The notes under the pieces: generated by a model
Seen by the model: the letters and a program-made list of their open reading frames with translations, nothing else
Told to the model about the DNA's origin: nothing
Database searches by the model: none
Part shown: positions 29,346 through 37,888 of the stretch, in pieces
Layout: the number at the start of each line of letters is the position of its first letter
How positions within the stretch are numbered: position 1 is the first letter of the stretch
Assembly: GCA_017643965.1 (NCBI GenBank)
Contig: JAEPMM010000001.1
Coordinates: 1-46,717, forward strand
Source of the DNA: Marinobacter sp.
GTDB lineage: Bacteria; Pseudomonadota; Gammaproteobacteria; Pseudomonadales; Oleiphilaceae
Reading direction: 5' to 3'
Length of the DNA: 46,717 bases
Translations under genes and position numbers: made by a program

Positions 29346-30100
29346 GCGGAGGCTCTGCCGGCACGCTGGTGGTTGTGGGCGGTTGGGGTGTGCGCTGCGA
29401 GATGCTCTCACAGGTGTATCACGGCTGGCCCGGCGAGACGGTGCTGATCAGCCTGGACGACGCGCTGATGACGGCCTGCGATTCCGTAACGGATGTCGCC
29501 GACGCCCTGTTGGCCCGGTATCCGGAGCCGTCGGTCTGGCTGGGGTGGTCGCTTGGCGCCCAGATCGCCATGGCTGCAGCGGCCCGCCAGACCGGTGCAG
29601 TGACTGCTGTGATCACGGTCGGTGGATTTCCCCGTTTCACGGCCGCAGAGGGCTGGAATTCCGGAATGCCGGCCCGTGACTTCAACCACTTCGCCAAGGG
29701 CATTGCCCGGGACCCGGCGCGGCACTGGTCGCGTTTTTTAGGGCTGATGGTCAGCGGTGACGATGGCGAACGGCACCTCAGGAAACAGCTGAGGCCCTGG
29801 TTCGAAGCAGGTGCGCCGCTCTCTGGCGCGTATCTCGACAAAGGCCTGGCGTGGCTTCGCGCGGAAGACCAGCGGGCACTGTGGATGGAATCGACGACGC
29901 CCGCGCTGCATCTGCTGGGCGAGCGGGATGCCGTGGTCAGGCCTTGGGCGGGCTGGTCGGGCATCCCCGGGTGTCATCAGGCCGAGGTGATCTGCGGCAT
30001 GGCGCACTGGCCGGCAGGGCAGGCGGCCGAGCGTTGCCAGCAGATGATGGCAGCATTTCTTGAAAAATCAGGCGGGAAGGTTCAATGGGTATGCCAATGA
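29342..30100 (+). CDS. bioH: Alpha/beta hydrolase, probable pimeloyl-ACP methyl ester esterase (BioH-like)
   Basis: ATG 29342 overlaps the bioF stop. GWSLG nucleophile elbow, GERDAVV (Asp) and AHWP (His); lies between bioF and bioC. Confidence 0.75.
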   Translation: MSGGSAGTLVVVGGWGVRCEMLSQVYHGWPGETVLISLDDALMTACDSVTDVADALLARYPEPSVWLGWSLGAQIAMAAAARQTGAVTAVITVGGFPRFTAAEGWNSGMPARDFNHFAKGIARDPARHWSRFLGLMVSGDDGERHLRKQLRPWFEAGAPLSGAYLDKGLAWLRAEDQRALWMESTTPALHLLGERDAVVRPWAGWSGIPGCHQAEVICGMAHWPAGQAAERCQQMMAAFLEKSGGKVQWVCQ

Positions 30101-30900
30101 AACCCGGTTCGCTGGTTGCACCGGTCGAAAAGGGCAAGATTGCGACGGATTTTGGCGCGGCAACAGCCACGTACGAGACGGCTTCGCGTCTGCAGCGGCT
30201 GATGGGGACGTTCATGATCGGGCGCCTGCCGCCGTTCGAGCCGGACCGCGCGCCCCTGCGCATCCTTGATCTGGGGTGCGGCACCGGTTGTTTTACCCGC
30301 CAACTGGCCCGGCGTTACCCCGACGCTGAGGTGACTGCGGCGGATCTGTCCGGTGGCATGATTGACCATGCGCGCAGCATCAGTCCGGAAGGTATCCGCT
30401 GGGTGGTCTCTGACGCCGAGCAACTGCCGTTTGCAGACGACAGCTTTGATGTGGTGTTCAGTAATCTCATGGTGCAGTGGTGTGCGCACCCTGATCGGGT
30501 GTTTGCAGAATGCCGCAGAGTGCTGGACAGGGGGGGCGTGCTGCAATGCTCTACGCTGCTCGACGGCAGTCTGCGGGAACTGGCGCAGGCGTGGGCGCAG
30601 GCGGATCCCGGCCGTCGTCATGTCAATACGTTCGATACCGCGGCGGCTGTGGCAAAGCAGGTTTATCATCAACTGCCGGGTGCCGGGTTGGAGACACAAA
30701 CGATAGAGCTCGATTACGCTTCGCCGCTCGCACTGGGGCGTGAGCTCAAACACCTGGGTGCGGTCTACAAAGGCCCGGATCGGCGCAGCACGCTGACCGC
30801 TCCGGGCCGCGTCCGGGCAATGTGCGAGCATTATCCGAAACGATCCTGCGGGTCCATCTCCGCATCCTACGAAGCATGCTGGATTTCATACGGTAAGTGA
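30091..30900 (+). CDS. bioC: Malonyl-ACP O-methyltransferase BioC
   Basis: LDLGCGTG, DAEQLPF, SNLMVQW and HVNTF; start uncertain (30085, 30091 or 30097). Confidence 0.85.
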   Translation: MPMKPGSLVAPVEKGKIATDFGAATATYETASRLQRLMGTFMIGRLPPFEPDRAPLRILDLGCGTGCFTRQLARRYPDAEVTAADLSGGMIDHARSISPEGIRWVVSDAEQLPFADDSFDVVFSNLMVQWCAHPDRVFAECRRVLDRGGVLQCSTLLDGSLRELAQAWAQADPGRRHVNTFDTAAAVAKQVYHQLPGAGLETQTIELDYASPLALGRELKHLGAVYKGPDRRSTLTAPGRVRAMCEHYPKRSCGSISASYEACWISYGK

Positions 30901-30903
30901 GTC

Positions 30904-31596
30904 ATGGCCAAAAAAACCTTTTTTGTCACCGGAACAGACACCGGTGTGGGAAAAACCATCGCCTCGGCGGCCATCCTTGAAGCGGCCAAAGGGCTGGGCA
31001 AGCGCACCCTCGCGATGAAGCCCATTGCCTCCGGATGCGATGAATCGTCTTACGGATTGCGGAACGAGGATGCGCTCATTCTGCAGTCGGCGATGACCGA
31101 GTCACTGCCTTATGATCAGGTCAACCCCATCGCCCTGAAGCCTGCCATTGCGCCCCATGTAGCGGCGGAAATGGCGGGTCGGCAGTTGACGGCACAGCGT
31201 CTGGTGGGTTTTTGCCGGGGAATGCAGGTCCGGCCGGCAGATCTGTTGCTGATTGAGGGAGCAGGAGGCTGGCGGGTACCGCTCAACGACCGGGAAACCT
31301 ATTCGGCGGTACCGGGAGAAATGGGCATACCGGTGATACTGGTAGTGCCCCTCAGGCTCGGATGCATCAATCATGCCCTGCTGAGTGCCGAGGCAATCCG
31401 CAATGATGGCCTTACCCTCGCAGGCTGGGTGGCAAACCGCCCCGATCAGGAGGTGATGAGCTGTGAGCAGGAAACCCTGAACTACCTGCTGATGGGGCTT
31501 GGCGCGCCCTGTCTGGGGGTGATTCCCTGGCAATCCGAACCAGACCCTGCCGAACTCGCGCGGTATCTGAACGTGGATGTTTTGTTTGAAAATTGA
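30904..31596 (+). CDS. bioD: Dethiobiotin synthase
   Basis: FVTGTDTGVGKT, KPIASG, EGAGG and LGCINHALL. Confidence 0.95.
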   Translation: MAKKTFFVTGTDTGVGKTIASAAILEAAKGLGKRTLAMKPIASGCDESSYGLRNEDALILQSAMTESLPYDQVNPIALKPAIAPHVAAEMAGRQLTAQRLVGFCRGMQVRPADLLLIEGAGGWRVPLNDRETYSAVPGEMGIPVILVVPLRLGCINHALLSAEAIRNDGLTLAGWVANRPDQEVMSCEQETLNYLLMGLGAPCLGVIPWQSEPDPAELARYLNVDVLFEN

Positions 31597-31647
31597 CCAG
31601 ATTTATGGCTTACTGAAGTCAACATTCGGTCATCTGGTGGTCTGGTC

Positions 31648-31893
31648 ATGATCAACAACACATTGGGAATCGGCATTCAGGGTATCCAGGACGGCATGAT
31701 GGGTATGGAGAATGCCGCCCGGAAGATTGCCCGCGGTGGCGCCGACGGTCCTCAGGGCACGGCGGATGGCAGCAACTCCCTGATCGAGCCGATCGTTGAT
31801 CTGAAGCTTTACGAGCGCAGCGTCGAGGCGTCCGCGCAGGTGGTCAAAACCGCTGACGAAACCCTCGGCACCCTGCTGGACATCAAGGCCTGA
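31648..31893 (+). CDS. Small protein resembling only the N- and C-terminal helices of flagellar rod/hook proteins
   Basis: 81 aa. N-terminal LGIGIQGI...AARKIA and C-terminal IVDLKLYERSVEASAQVVKTADETLGTLLDI resemble the flagellar basal-body rod C-terminal motif. Confidence 0.7.
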   Translation: MINNTLGIGIQGIQDGMMGMENAARKIARGGADGPQGTADGSNSLIEPIVDLKLYERSVEASAQVVKTADETLGTLLDIKA

Positions 31894-31942
31894 ACAGGCC
31901 TGATGTTTGCCTGACACCCGCTGATCCCGGCCGCCTGACCCG

Positions 31943-32590
31943 ATGATATCCGGACCCTCTCCCGCGCTGTTTTCAGGATTGACGCCTGCCCTCCCGCCGG
32001 ACGGAAACATTGCGCCCCCTGCACGGACCACGCCGTCTGGCGCCAGCCCCAGCCCGCGTGGCGGTGAGAATGCGGATCAGGTTGAGCGCGTCAGGGAATC
32101 CGCGGCCAGAAATGCGGCGGCCAACGGTCAGAATCTGGACGAGGCGCAGCTCAAGGAGCTGTCGGAACTCAAGGCACGCGATCGTGAGGTCAGAGCCCAC
32201 GAGACCGCGCATCAGGCCGTTGGCGGCCAGTACGCCGGCGCCATTTCCTACGTCTTCCAGCGCGGACCGGATGGCGCTCAGTATGCCGTCGGCGGTGAAG
32301 TCTCCATCGATGTCGCTCCAATTGAAGGCGATCCACAGGCCACCATCGAGAAAATGCGTGTGGTTCGGGCGGCGGCCATGGCCCCGGCGGAACCCTCAGC
32401 TCAGGATCGGTCGGTTGCGGCACAGGCGATGCAGACCATGCTGCAGGCCCAGGTGGAAATGTCGCGGGAGGTGACAGAGGAGCGTGGCGATGAGCGCCCC
32501 GGGCTGTCCCGTCAGGCCAGCGAAACCTATCAGGCTGTCTCTCGCATCAGTGAGCCGGACCTCGGCGGTAACCGATCAGTAACCGCCTGA
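31943..32590 (+). CDS. SprA-related family protein, putative metalloprotease
   Basis: Core LKARDREVRAHETAH (HExxH)...RGPDGAQYAVGGEVSID...AAMAPAEPSAQD, typical of the SprA-related family. Confidence 0.75.
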   Translation: MISGPSPALFSGLTPALPPDGNIAPPARTTPSGASPSPRGGENADQVERVRESAARNAAANGQNLDEAQLKELSELKARDREVRAHETAHQAVGGQYAGAISYVFQRGPDGAQYAVGGEVSIDVAPIEGDPQATIEKMRVVRAAAMAPAEPSAQDRSVAAQAMQTMLQAQVEMSREVTEERGDERPGLSRQASETYQAVSRISEPDLGGNRSVTA

Positions 32591-32683
32591 TTCCCTCTGT
32601 TTTTCCCTGTTTCCTTTCGATTGCGAGCCGATTCCCCCGGCTGTTTTGGCCACAAAACGCAACACAAATTTCAGAACCGGCTA

Positions 32684-32727
32684 TTGACAATTCTGTGCCT
32701 CTAAACGTATGTTTCAAACAAGTGTTT
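32684..32727 (+). promoter_or_regulatory. Candidate promoter with two tandem PsrA-type (TetR) operator palindromes upstream of the acyl-CoA dehydrogenases
   Basis: TTGACA at 32684-32689. AAAC-GTAT-GTTT (32703-32714) and AAAC-AAGT-GTTT (32716-32727) resemble the PsrA box CAAAC-N4-GTTTG. Confidence 0.6.
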
Positions 32728-32830
32728 AATTAAGGCTGTGGTGCGATAGCGTCGCAGTGTCTGAGCAAACCCCAAGGCCGAGAGCTGCAACCTGTGTTGC
32801 GGACAGGACCGAACATCTGAGGTGGATTCC

Positions 32831-34630
32831 ATGCCTGATTACAAAGCGCCCCTGCGTGACATCAAATTCGTAATGACCGAGCTGCTGGACAGCGAGCAGC
32901 ACTACGCCAATCTGGAAGGTGCCGAGGATGCAACTCCGGATATGGTTGACGCCATTATCCAGGAAGGTGCCAAGTTCTGTGAGCAGGTTCTGTCTCCGCT
33001 CAACCAGGTGGGTGACCGTGAAGGTTGTACCTGGAGCGAAGACGGCGTGAAAACGCCGACCGGCTTCAAGGAAGCCTACCAGCAGTACGTAGAGGGCGGC
33101 TGGCCGTCCATGACTGCGGATCCCAACTATGGCGGTCAGGGACTGCCGAGCTCCCTGGGCCTGGTCATGAGCGAAATGGTCGGTACCTGTAACTGGTCGT
33201 TCGGCATGTACCCGGGTCTGAGCCACGGTGCCACCAACACCATCGAAGAGCACGGCACCGAAGAGCAGAAGCAGACCTACCTCACCAAGCTGATCAGCGG
33301 TGAGTGGACCGGTACCATGTGTCTGACCGAGCCGCACTGCGGTTCCGACCTGGGCACCCTGCGTACCAAGGCTGAGCCGAACGCTGATGGCACCTACGCC
33401 ATTACCGGCACCAAGATCTTTATCTCTGCCGGTGAGCACGATATGGCAGAGAACATTGTCCATATCGTTCTGGCCCGTCTGCCGGGCGCGCCGGAGGGTA
33501 CCAAGGGCATCTCCCTGTTCATCGTGCCCAAGAATCTGCCGAACGAAGACGGTTCCTCCGGCGAGCGCAACGCGGTTTCCTGCGGCTCCATCGAGCACAA
33601 GATGGGTATCCACGGTAACGCCACCTGTGTGATGAACTTCGATGGTGCCAAGGGCTGGCTGATCGGGCCGGAGAACAAGGGCCTGAACTGCATGTTCACC
33701 TTCATGAACGTTGCTCGTATCGGTACCGCGATCCAGGGTCTGGGTGCTGCTGAACTGGGTTTCCAGGGCTCCCTGACCTACGCCAAAGACCGTCTGGCCA
33801 TGCGCTCCCTGAGCGGCCCGAAGAACCCTGAGGGTATTGCGGATCCGATCATCGTTCACCCGGACGTTCGCCGCATGCTGCTGACCCAGAAAGCGGTGGC
33901 CGAGGGCGCTCGTGCGCTGATCTACCTGACGGCTCAGCAGGCTGACGTAGTTCAGCGTGGCAAGACCGAGGAAGAGCGCAAAGCGGCTGACGAAGCCCTG
34001 GGCTTCCTGACACCGATTGCCAAGGCGTTCCTGACCGAAATCGGTTACGAAGCGGCCAACCTGGGCATGCAGGTGTTCGGTGGTCACGGTTTTATCGCCG
34101 AGTGGGGCATGGAGCAGAACGTACGTGACGCCCGCATCGGCATGATTTACGAGGGTACCACCGGTATCCAGGCACTGGATCTGCTGGGCCGTAAGGTTCT
34201 GATGACCCAGGGCGAGTCGCTGAAAGGTTTCACCAAGCAGGTGCACGTGTTCTGCAAGGAAAACGCCGACAACGACCAGCTTAAGGAATTCCTTGAGCCG
34301 CTGGCCGCGATCAACAAAGAATGGGGCGATCTGACCATGAAGATCGGCATGACCGCGATGAAGAACCGCGAGGAAGTTGGTGCTGCATCCGTGGACTACC
34401 TGATGTATTCCGGTTACGCCGTATTCGCGTACCTGTGGGCCCGCATGGCCAAGGTTGCGCTGGACAAGATGGCCGACGGAACCACGGAAGAAATGTTCTA
34501 CAACGCCAAGGTCCAGACTGCGCGCTTCTACTTCAAGCGTATGCTGCCCCGTGCCAAGGCCCACGCCGAAAGCATGCTGGCCGGTGCTGACAGCCTGATG
34601 GATATGCCGGAAGAAGCCTTCGCCCTCTAA
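32831..34630 (+). CDS. Acyl-CoA dehydrogenase (FadE-like, about 600 aa)
   Basis: MPDYKAPLRD, TMCLTEPHCGSD, GTKIFIS, HKMGI, QVFGGHG and IYEGTTGIQALDL. Confidence 0.93.
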   Translation: MPDYKAPLRDIKFVMTELLDSEQHYANLEGAEDATPDMVDAIIQEGAKFCEQVLSPLNQVGDREGCTWSEDGVKTPTGFKEAYQQYVEGGWPSMTADPNYGGQGLPSSLGLVMSEMVGTCNWSFGMYPGLSHGATNTIEEHGTEEQKQTYLTKLISGEWTGTMCLTEPHCGSDLGTLRTKAEPNADGTYAITGTKIFISAGEHDMAENIVHIVLARLPGAPEGTKGISLFIVPKNLPNEDGSSGERNAVSCGSIEHKMGIHGNATCVMNFDGAKGWLIGPENKGLNCMFTFMNVARIGTAIQGLGAAELGFQGSLTYAKDRLAMRSLSGPKNPEGIADPIIVHPDVRRMLLTQKAVAEGARALIYLTAQQADVVQRGKTEEERKAADEALGFLTPIAKAFLTEIGYEAANLGMQVFGGHGFIAEWGMEQNVRDARIGMIYEGTTGIQALDLLGRKVLMTQGESLKGFTKQVHVFCKENADNDQLKEFLEPLAAINKEWGDLTMKIGMTAMKNREEVGAASVDYLMYSGYAVFAYLWARMAKVALDKMADGTTEEMFYNAKVQTARFYFKRMLPRAKAHAESMLAGADSLMDMPEEAFAL

Positions 34631-34650
34631 GGCGCGGGCAGGTAACCCAG

Positions 34651-34684
34651 AAAAAGCCCGCTCTCCCCGGAGGCGGGCTTTTTT
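34651..34684 (+). terminator. Rho-independent terminator
   Basis: AAAAAGCCCGC...GCGGGCTTTTTT. Confidence 0.8.
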
Positions 34685-34819
34685 CATGAGTTAGCGACGC
34701 CAATAGGGTAGAATACAGCCCGATAAAAATAACCTTGAGCGGACACATAGCCGAGCGGTACGTCGAAGCCCATCATGGCGAGCGTGCCGACAGACTGACT
34801 GAAATTTGGAGAGTTTTAG

Positions 34820-36610
34820 ATGGCTGACTATCAGGCCCCTTTACGTGACATGCGCTTTGTTCTGAACGAAGTTTTCGATGCCCCGGCACTCTGGGCTTCG
34901 CTGCCAAAAGTAGCGGAGAACGTGGATCCGGACACCGCGGACGCCATTCTGGAAGAAGCCGGGAAAATCACCAGTGGTGTGCTTGCGCCGCTGAACCGGG
35001 AAGGTGACGAGCAGGGCACCCAGTGGAACAACGGTGAGGTGACCTCCCCTGAGGGCTTCAAGGAAGCCTATCAGACCATCGTGGAAGGTGGCTGGAACGG
35101 CCTGGGTGGTAACCCCGAATTCGGCGGTATGGGCATGCCCAAGACCCTGGTGGCCCAGTTCGAGGAAATGATGCAGGGCGCCAACATGGCGTTCGGCCTG
35201 GCGCCGATGCTGACTGCCGGTGCCTGCCTGGCGCTTGACGCCCACGGCAGTCAGGAGTTGAAAGAAAAGTACCTGCCCAACATGTATTCCGGTGTCTGGT
35301 CCGGCGCCATGGATCTGACCGAGCCTCATGCCGGTACTGATCTGGGTATTATCCGCACCAAGGCCGAGCCAAACAGCGACGGATCTTTCAATGTCACAGG
35401 CACCAAGATTTTCATTACCTGGGGCGAGCACGACATGGCGGAGAACATCATCCACCTGGTGCTGGCCAAGCTGCCTGACGCCCCGAAAGGTCCGAAGGGC
35501 ATCTCCCTGTTCCTGGTGCCGAAGTTCATGGTCAATGAAGACGGTTCCCTCGGCGAGCGTAACAGCTTCAGCTGCGGTTCTATCGAAAAGAAAATGGGCA
35601 TCAAGGGCTCCGCCACCTGCGTGATGAATTTTGACGGCGCCAAAGGCTGGCTCGTGGGTGAGGAGAACAAGGGTCTGGCGGCCATGTTCACCATGATGAA
35701 TTATGAGCGTCTGGGTGTGGGTATCCAGGGCATTGGTGCCGCTGAGGCATCACTGCAAAGCGCCCGTGAATACGCGCTCGATCGTATCCAGAGCCGTGCC
35801 CCGACAGGTGCCCAACAGCCGGAGAAAGCGGCCGATCCGATTCTGGTGCACCCGGACGTTCGCCGCATGCTGCTGACCATGAAGAGCTATGTGGAAGGCG
35901 GCCGTACGTTCTCGACCTACGTCGCCCAGTGGCTGGACATCTCGAAGTACGCCGAAGACGACGAGCGTCGCAAGCACGCCGAGGGCATGGTGGCTTTGCT
36001 GACACCGGTCGCCAAGGCGTTCCTCACCGATCGTGGCCTGGATGCCTGCATCATCGGCCAGCAGGTCTTCGGTGGTCACGGCTTCATTCGCGAATGGGGT
36101 CAGGAGCAGTTGGTCCGGGACTGCCGCATCACCCAGATCTATGAGGGCACCAACGGCATTCAGGCGCTGGATCTGATGGGCCGCAAAGTGGTGGGCAGCC
36201 AGGGTAAACTCTATGAGCTGTTCGCAAACGACGTGGCTGCGTTTATTGAAGAAAACAGCGGCGACCAGAACCTGCGTCCCTACCTGGAGCCTCTGGCGGC
36301 TGCGTTCGAGCGCCTGTCCGATGTCACCGAGCACGTGATCAAGCAGGCGGGTGACAACCCCAATGCCGTTGGCGCTGCCTCCGTGGACTATCTGGACCTG
36401 TTCGGTCTGACCGCGCTGGGTTATATGTGGGCGAAAATCGTCAAGGCTGCGGCTCCGAAAGCCGAGGGCGACACGTCCGGTTTCTACACTGGCAAGCTGA
36501 AGACCGCACGTTTCTACTTCGACCGCCTGCTGCCCAAGACCGTGTCATTGGCGGAAGGCATCCGCAGTGGTAGTGAATCGATGATGGCGCTGACTGCAGA
36601 GGAATTCTGA
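34820..36610 (+). CDS. Acyl-CoA dehydrogenase (tandem paralogue)
   Basis: MADYQAPLRD, MDLTEPHAGTD, KKMGI, QVFGGHG and IYEGTNGIQALDL. Confidence 0.93.
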   Translation: MADYQAPLRDMRFVLNEVFDAPALWASLPKVAENVDPDTADAILEEAGKITSGVLAPLNREGDEQGTQWNNGEVTSPEGFKEAYQTIVEGGWNGLGGNPEFGGMGMPKTLVAQFEEMMQGANMAFGLAPMLTAGACLALDAHGSQELKEKYLPNMYSGVWSGAMDLTEPHAGTDLGIIRTKAEPNSDGSFNVTGTKIFITWGEHDMAENIIHLVLAKLPDAPKGPKGISLFLVPKFMVNEDGSLGERNSFSCGSIEKKMGIKGSATCVMNFDGAKGWLVGEENKGLAAMFTMMNYERLGVGIQGIGAAEASLQSAREYALDRIQSRAPTGAQQPEKAADPILVHPDVRRMLLTMKSYVEGGRTFSTYVAQWLDISKYAEDDERRKHAEGMVALLTPVAKAFLTDRGLDACIIGQQVFGGHGFIREWGQEQLVRDCRITQIYEGTNGIQALDLMGRKVVGSQGKLYELFANDVAAFIEENSGDQNLRPYLEPLAAAFERLSDVTEHVIKQAGDNPNAVGAASVDYLDLFGLTALGYMWAKIVKAAAPKAEGDTSGFYTGKLKTARFYFDRLLPKTVSLAEGIRSGSESMMALTAEEF

Positions 36611-36641
36611 TCGCTCGCGTTCAGAAGCCATTGCGGATGCT

Positions 36642-36676
36642 AAAAAGGCAGATCCCTTCGGGGATCTGCCTTTTTT
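36642..36676. terminator. Bidirectional terminator with a cUUCGg tetraloop
   Basis: AAAAA-GGCAGATCCC-TTCG-GGGATCTGCC-TTTTTT between convergent genes. Confidence 0.9.
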
Positions 36677-36701
36677 GTCGGTGGACATAACCCGGGAGTA
36701 T

Positions 36702-37337
36702 TTACAGGTTCGCCATCCGGTCCGGATTGGTGACGAACGGATTGTCATTGCCCTGAAGTTTGCTGATCTGACGATGGCGGGTCAGCTCACGGTCGTCCGG
36801 AGGATCCATCCTGTTCCAGCTTTTGAACACGGTGGAGATTCCCACCCAGGGCAGATCGTAGGTATCGACCATGTACGCGACGGTCCGCGCCACATCGCCC
36901 TTGACCGGAGCCGGGGGCTCGAAGAACTGGGCGCTTTCGCGATTGCCGCATTCGTCCTCCCGTGCGCCGGCTCCCAGTTGCTCATAGCGGGCGTTGCGGC
37001 GACGCATTTCCACACGGGTAGCTACCGGCACCATGTTATGAAGATCGGAAGCGATCTGCCGATAGCCATCGTCATTGCTGCATTGGCTCGACGTGCCGCA
37101 GCCCAGTGAGCTGCGCACGACAGCCAGCGGGTAGACGTGACCCTCGGTCATGGTGAAGCCCTTACTGGTGAAAGGCGTTTCACAAAAGAAGGAAGTACCG
37201 CCGTCAGCGTAGAGGGTGCCCCAGAACTGGTCCCGCGCAACCGTGTCAGGGTCGCTGAATCGGGTGTTCTGACCAATAACCAGTGGGGGTAAGAGCAAAA
37301 GAGAAAGTGTCAGTAACGCTAATCTTTTTTTATTCAT
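36702..37337 (-). CDS. Secreted endonuclease I (EndA/Vvn) family protein, possibly catalytically altered
   Basis: Signal peptide; HVYP, SDLHNMVP, FEPP..KGDVAR...YM and QGNDNPFV. Confidence 0.8.
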   Translation of the reverse strand: MNKKRLALLTLSLLLLPPLVIGQNTRFSDPDTVARDQFWGTLYADGGTSFFCETPFTSKGFTMTEGHVYPLAVVRSSLGCGTSSQCSNDDGYRQIASDLHNMVPVATRVEMRRRNARYEQLGAGAREDECGNRESAQFFEPPAPVKGDVARTVAYMVDTYDLPWVGISTVFKSWNRMDPPDDRELTRHRQISKLQGNDNPFVTNPDRMANL

Positions 37338-37459
37338 ATCGTTTCATACCTCGCAGTGCCTACAAGCGCCTTTGCTGTTCAGGCCACCCTCGGTTGAATG
37401 TTAACCAGTGATGGGCAAGAAAATGACGCTTGGTTCACTTAACACTGTGAAGTATGGCA

Positions 37460-37486
37460 CAGAGGCTCAGTGAATCAGAGCCTCTG
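37460..37486. terminator. Inverted repeat downstream of the small minus-strand gene
   Basis: CAGAGGCTC-N9-GAGCCTCTG; no strong T-run on the minus strand. Confidence 0.35.
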
Positions 37487-37525
37487 GTGTCTTGTTTTGT
37501 AGTATTGTGTTAAATCTTTGCGTAT

Positions 37526-37789
37526 TTACTTCAAGCGGTCGCGGATGCGTTCGTAGCCGGCCCGCACTTCCTCGCCCAATCGTTGTGCCGTCTGTTTGGC
37601 ATCGTGGGTCGCGTCCTCGGCATCGTGCAGCACGTTATCAAGCTTGTTGCGGAACTTCTCCCAGTCTTTCTCGAGGTCATCCCACTCGTCTTTCACATCT
37701 TCCTGTGCCAGATGCAGCTGAACCCGGGCCTCGTCACGATACTGTTTGATTTTTTCCGACAGCTTTTTGAGATCTTCCTGAAGATTCAT
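37526..37789 (-). CDS. Small acidic helical/coiled-coil hypothetical protein
   Basis: MNLQEDLKKLSEKIKQYRDEARVQLHLAQEDVKDEWDDLEK...; strong GGAGGTG ribosome-binding site before ATG 37789. Confidence 0.75.
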   Translation of the reverse strand: MNLQEDLKKLSEKIKQYRDEARVQLHLAQEDVKDEWDDLEKDWEKFRNKLDNVLHDAEDATHDAKQTAQRLGEEVRAGYERIRDRLK

Positions 37790-37888
37790 ATCAGTCACCT
37801 CCATTGATTGATGGCGCTTCTACAATGCTCCGGAATTCGAAAAGCTGCAAGGGCGCGGTTTACCGGGGTGATGCGGGATTGATCTGGA

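Noticed and set aside
27058-31596. Absence of bioA from the biotin operon
   Set aside because: bioBFHCD with bioA elsewhere is the usual Pseudomonas-type arrangement.
32726-34687. 653-aa ORF antisense to the first acyl-CoA dehydrogenase, and similar long antisense ORFs over mutL, hflX, hisZ, bioB and lnt
   Set aside because: Each fully overlaps a well-supported gene on the other strand and has no domain signature.
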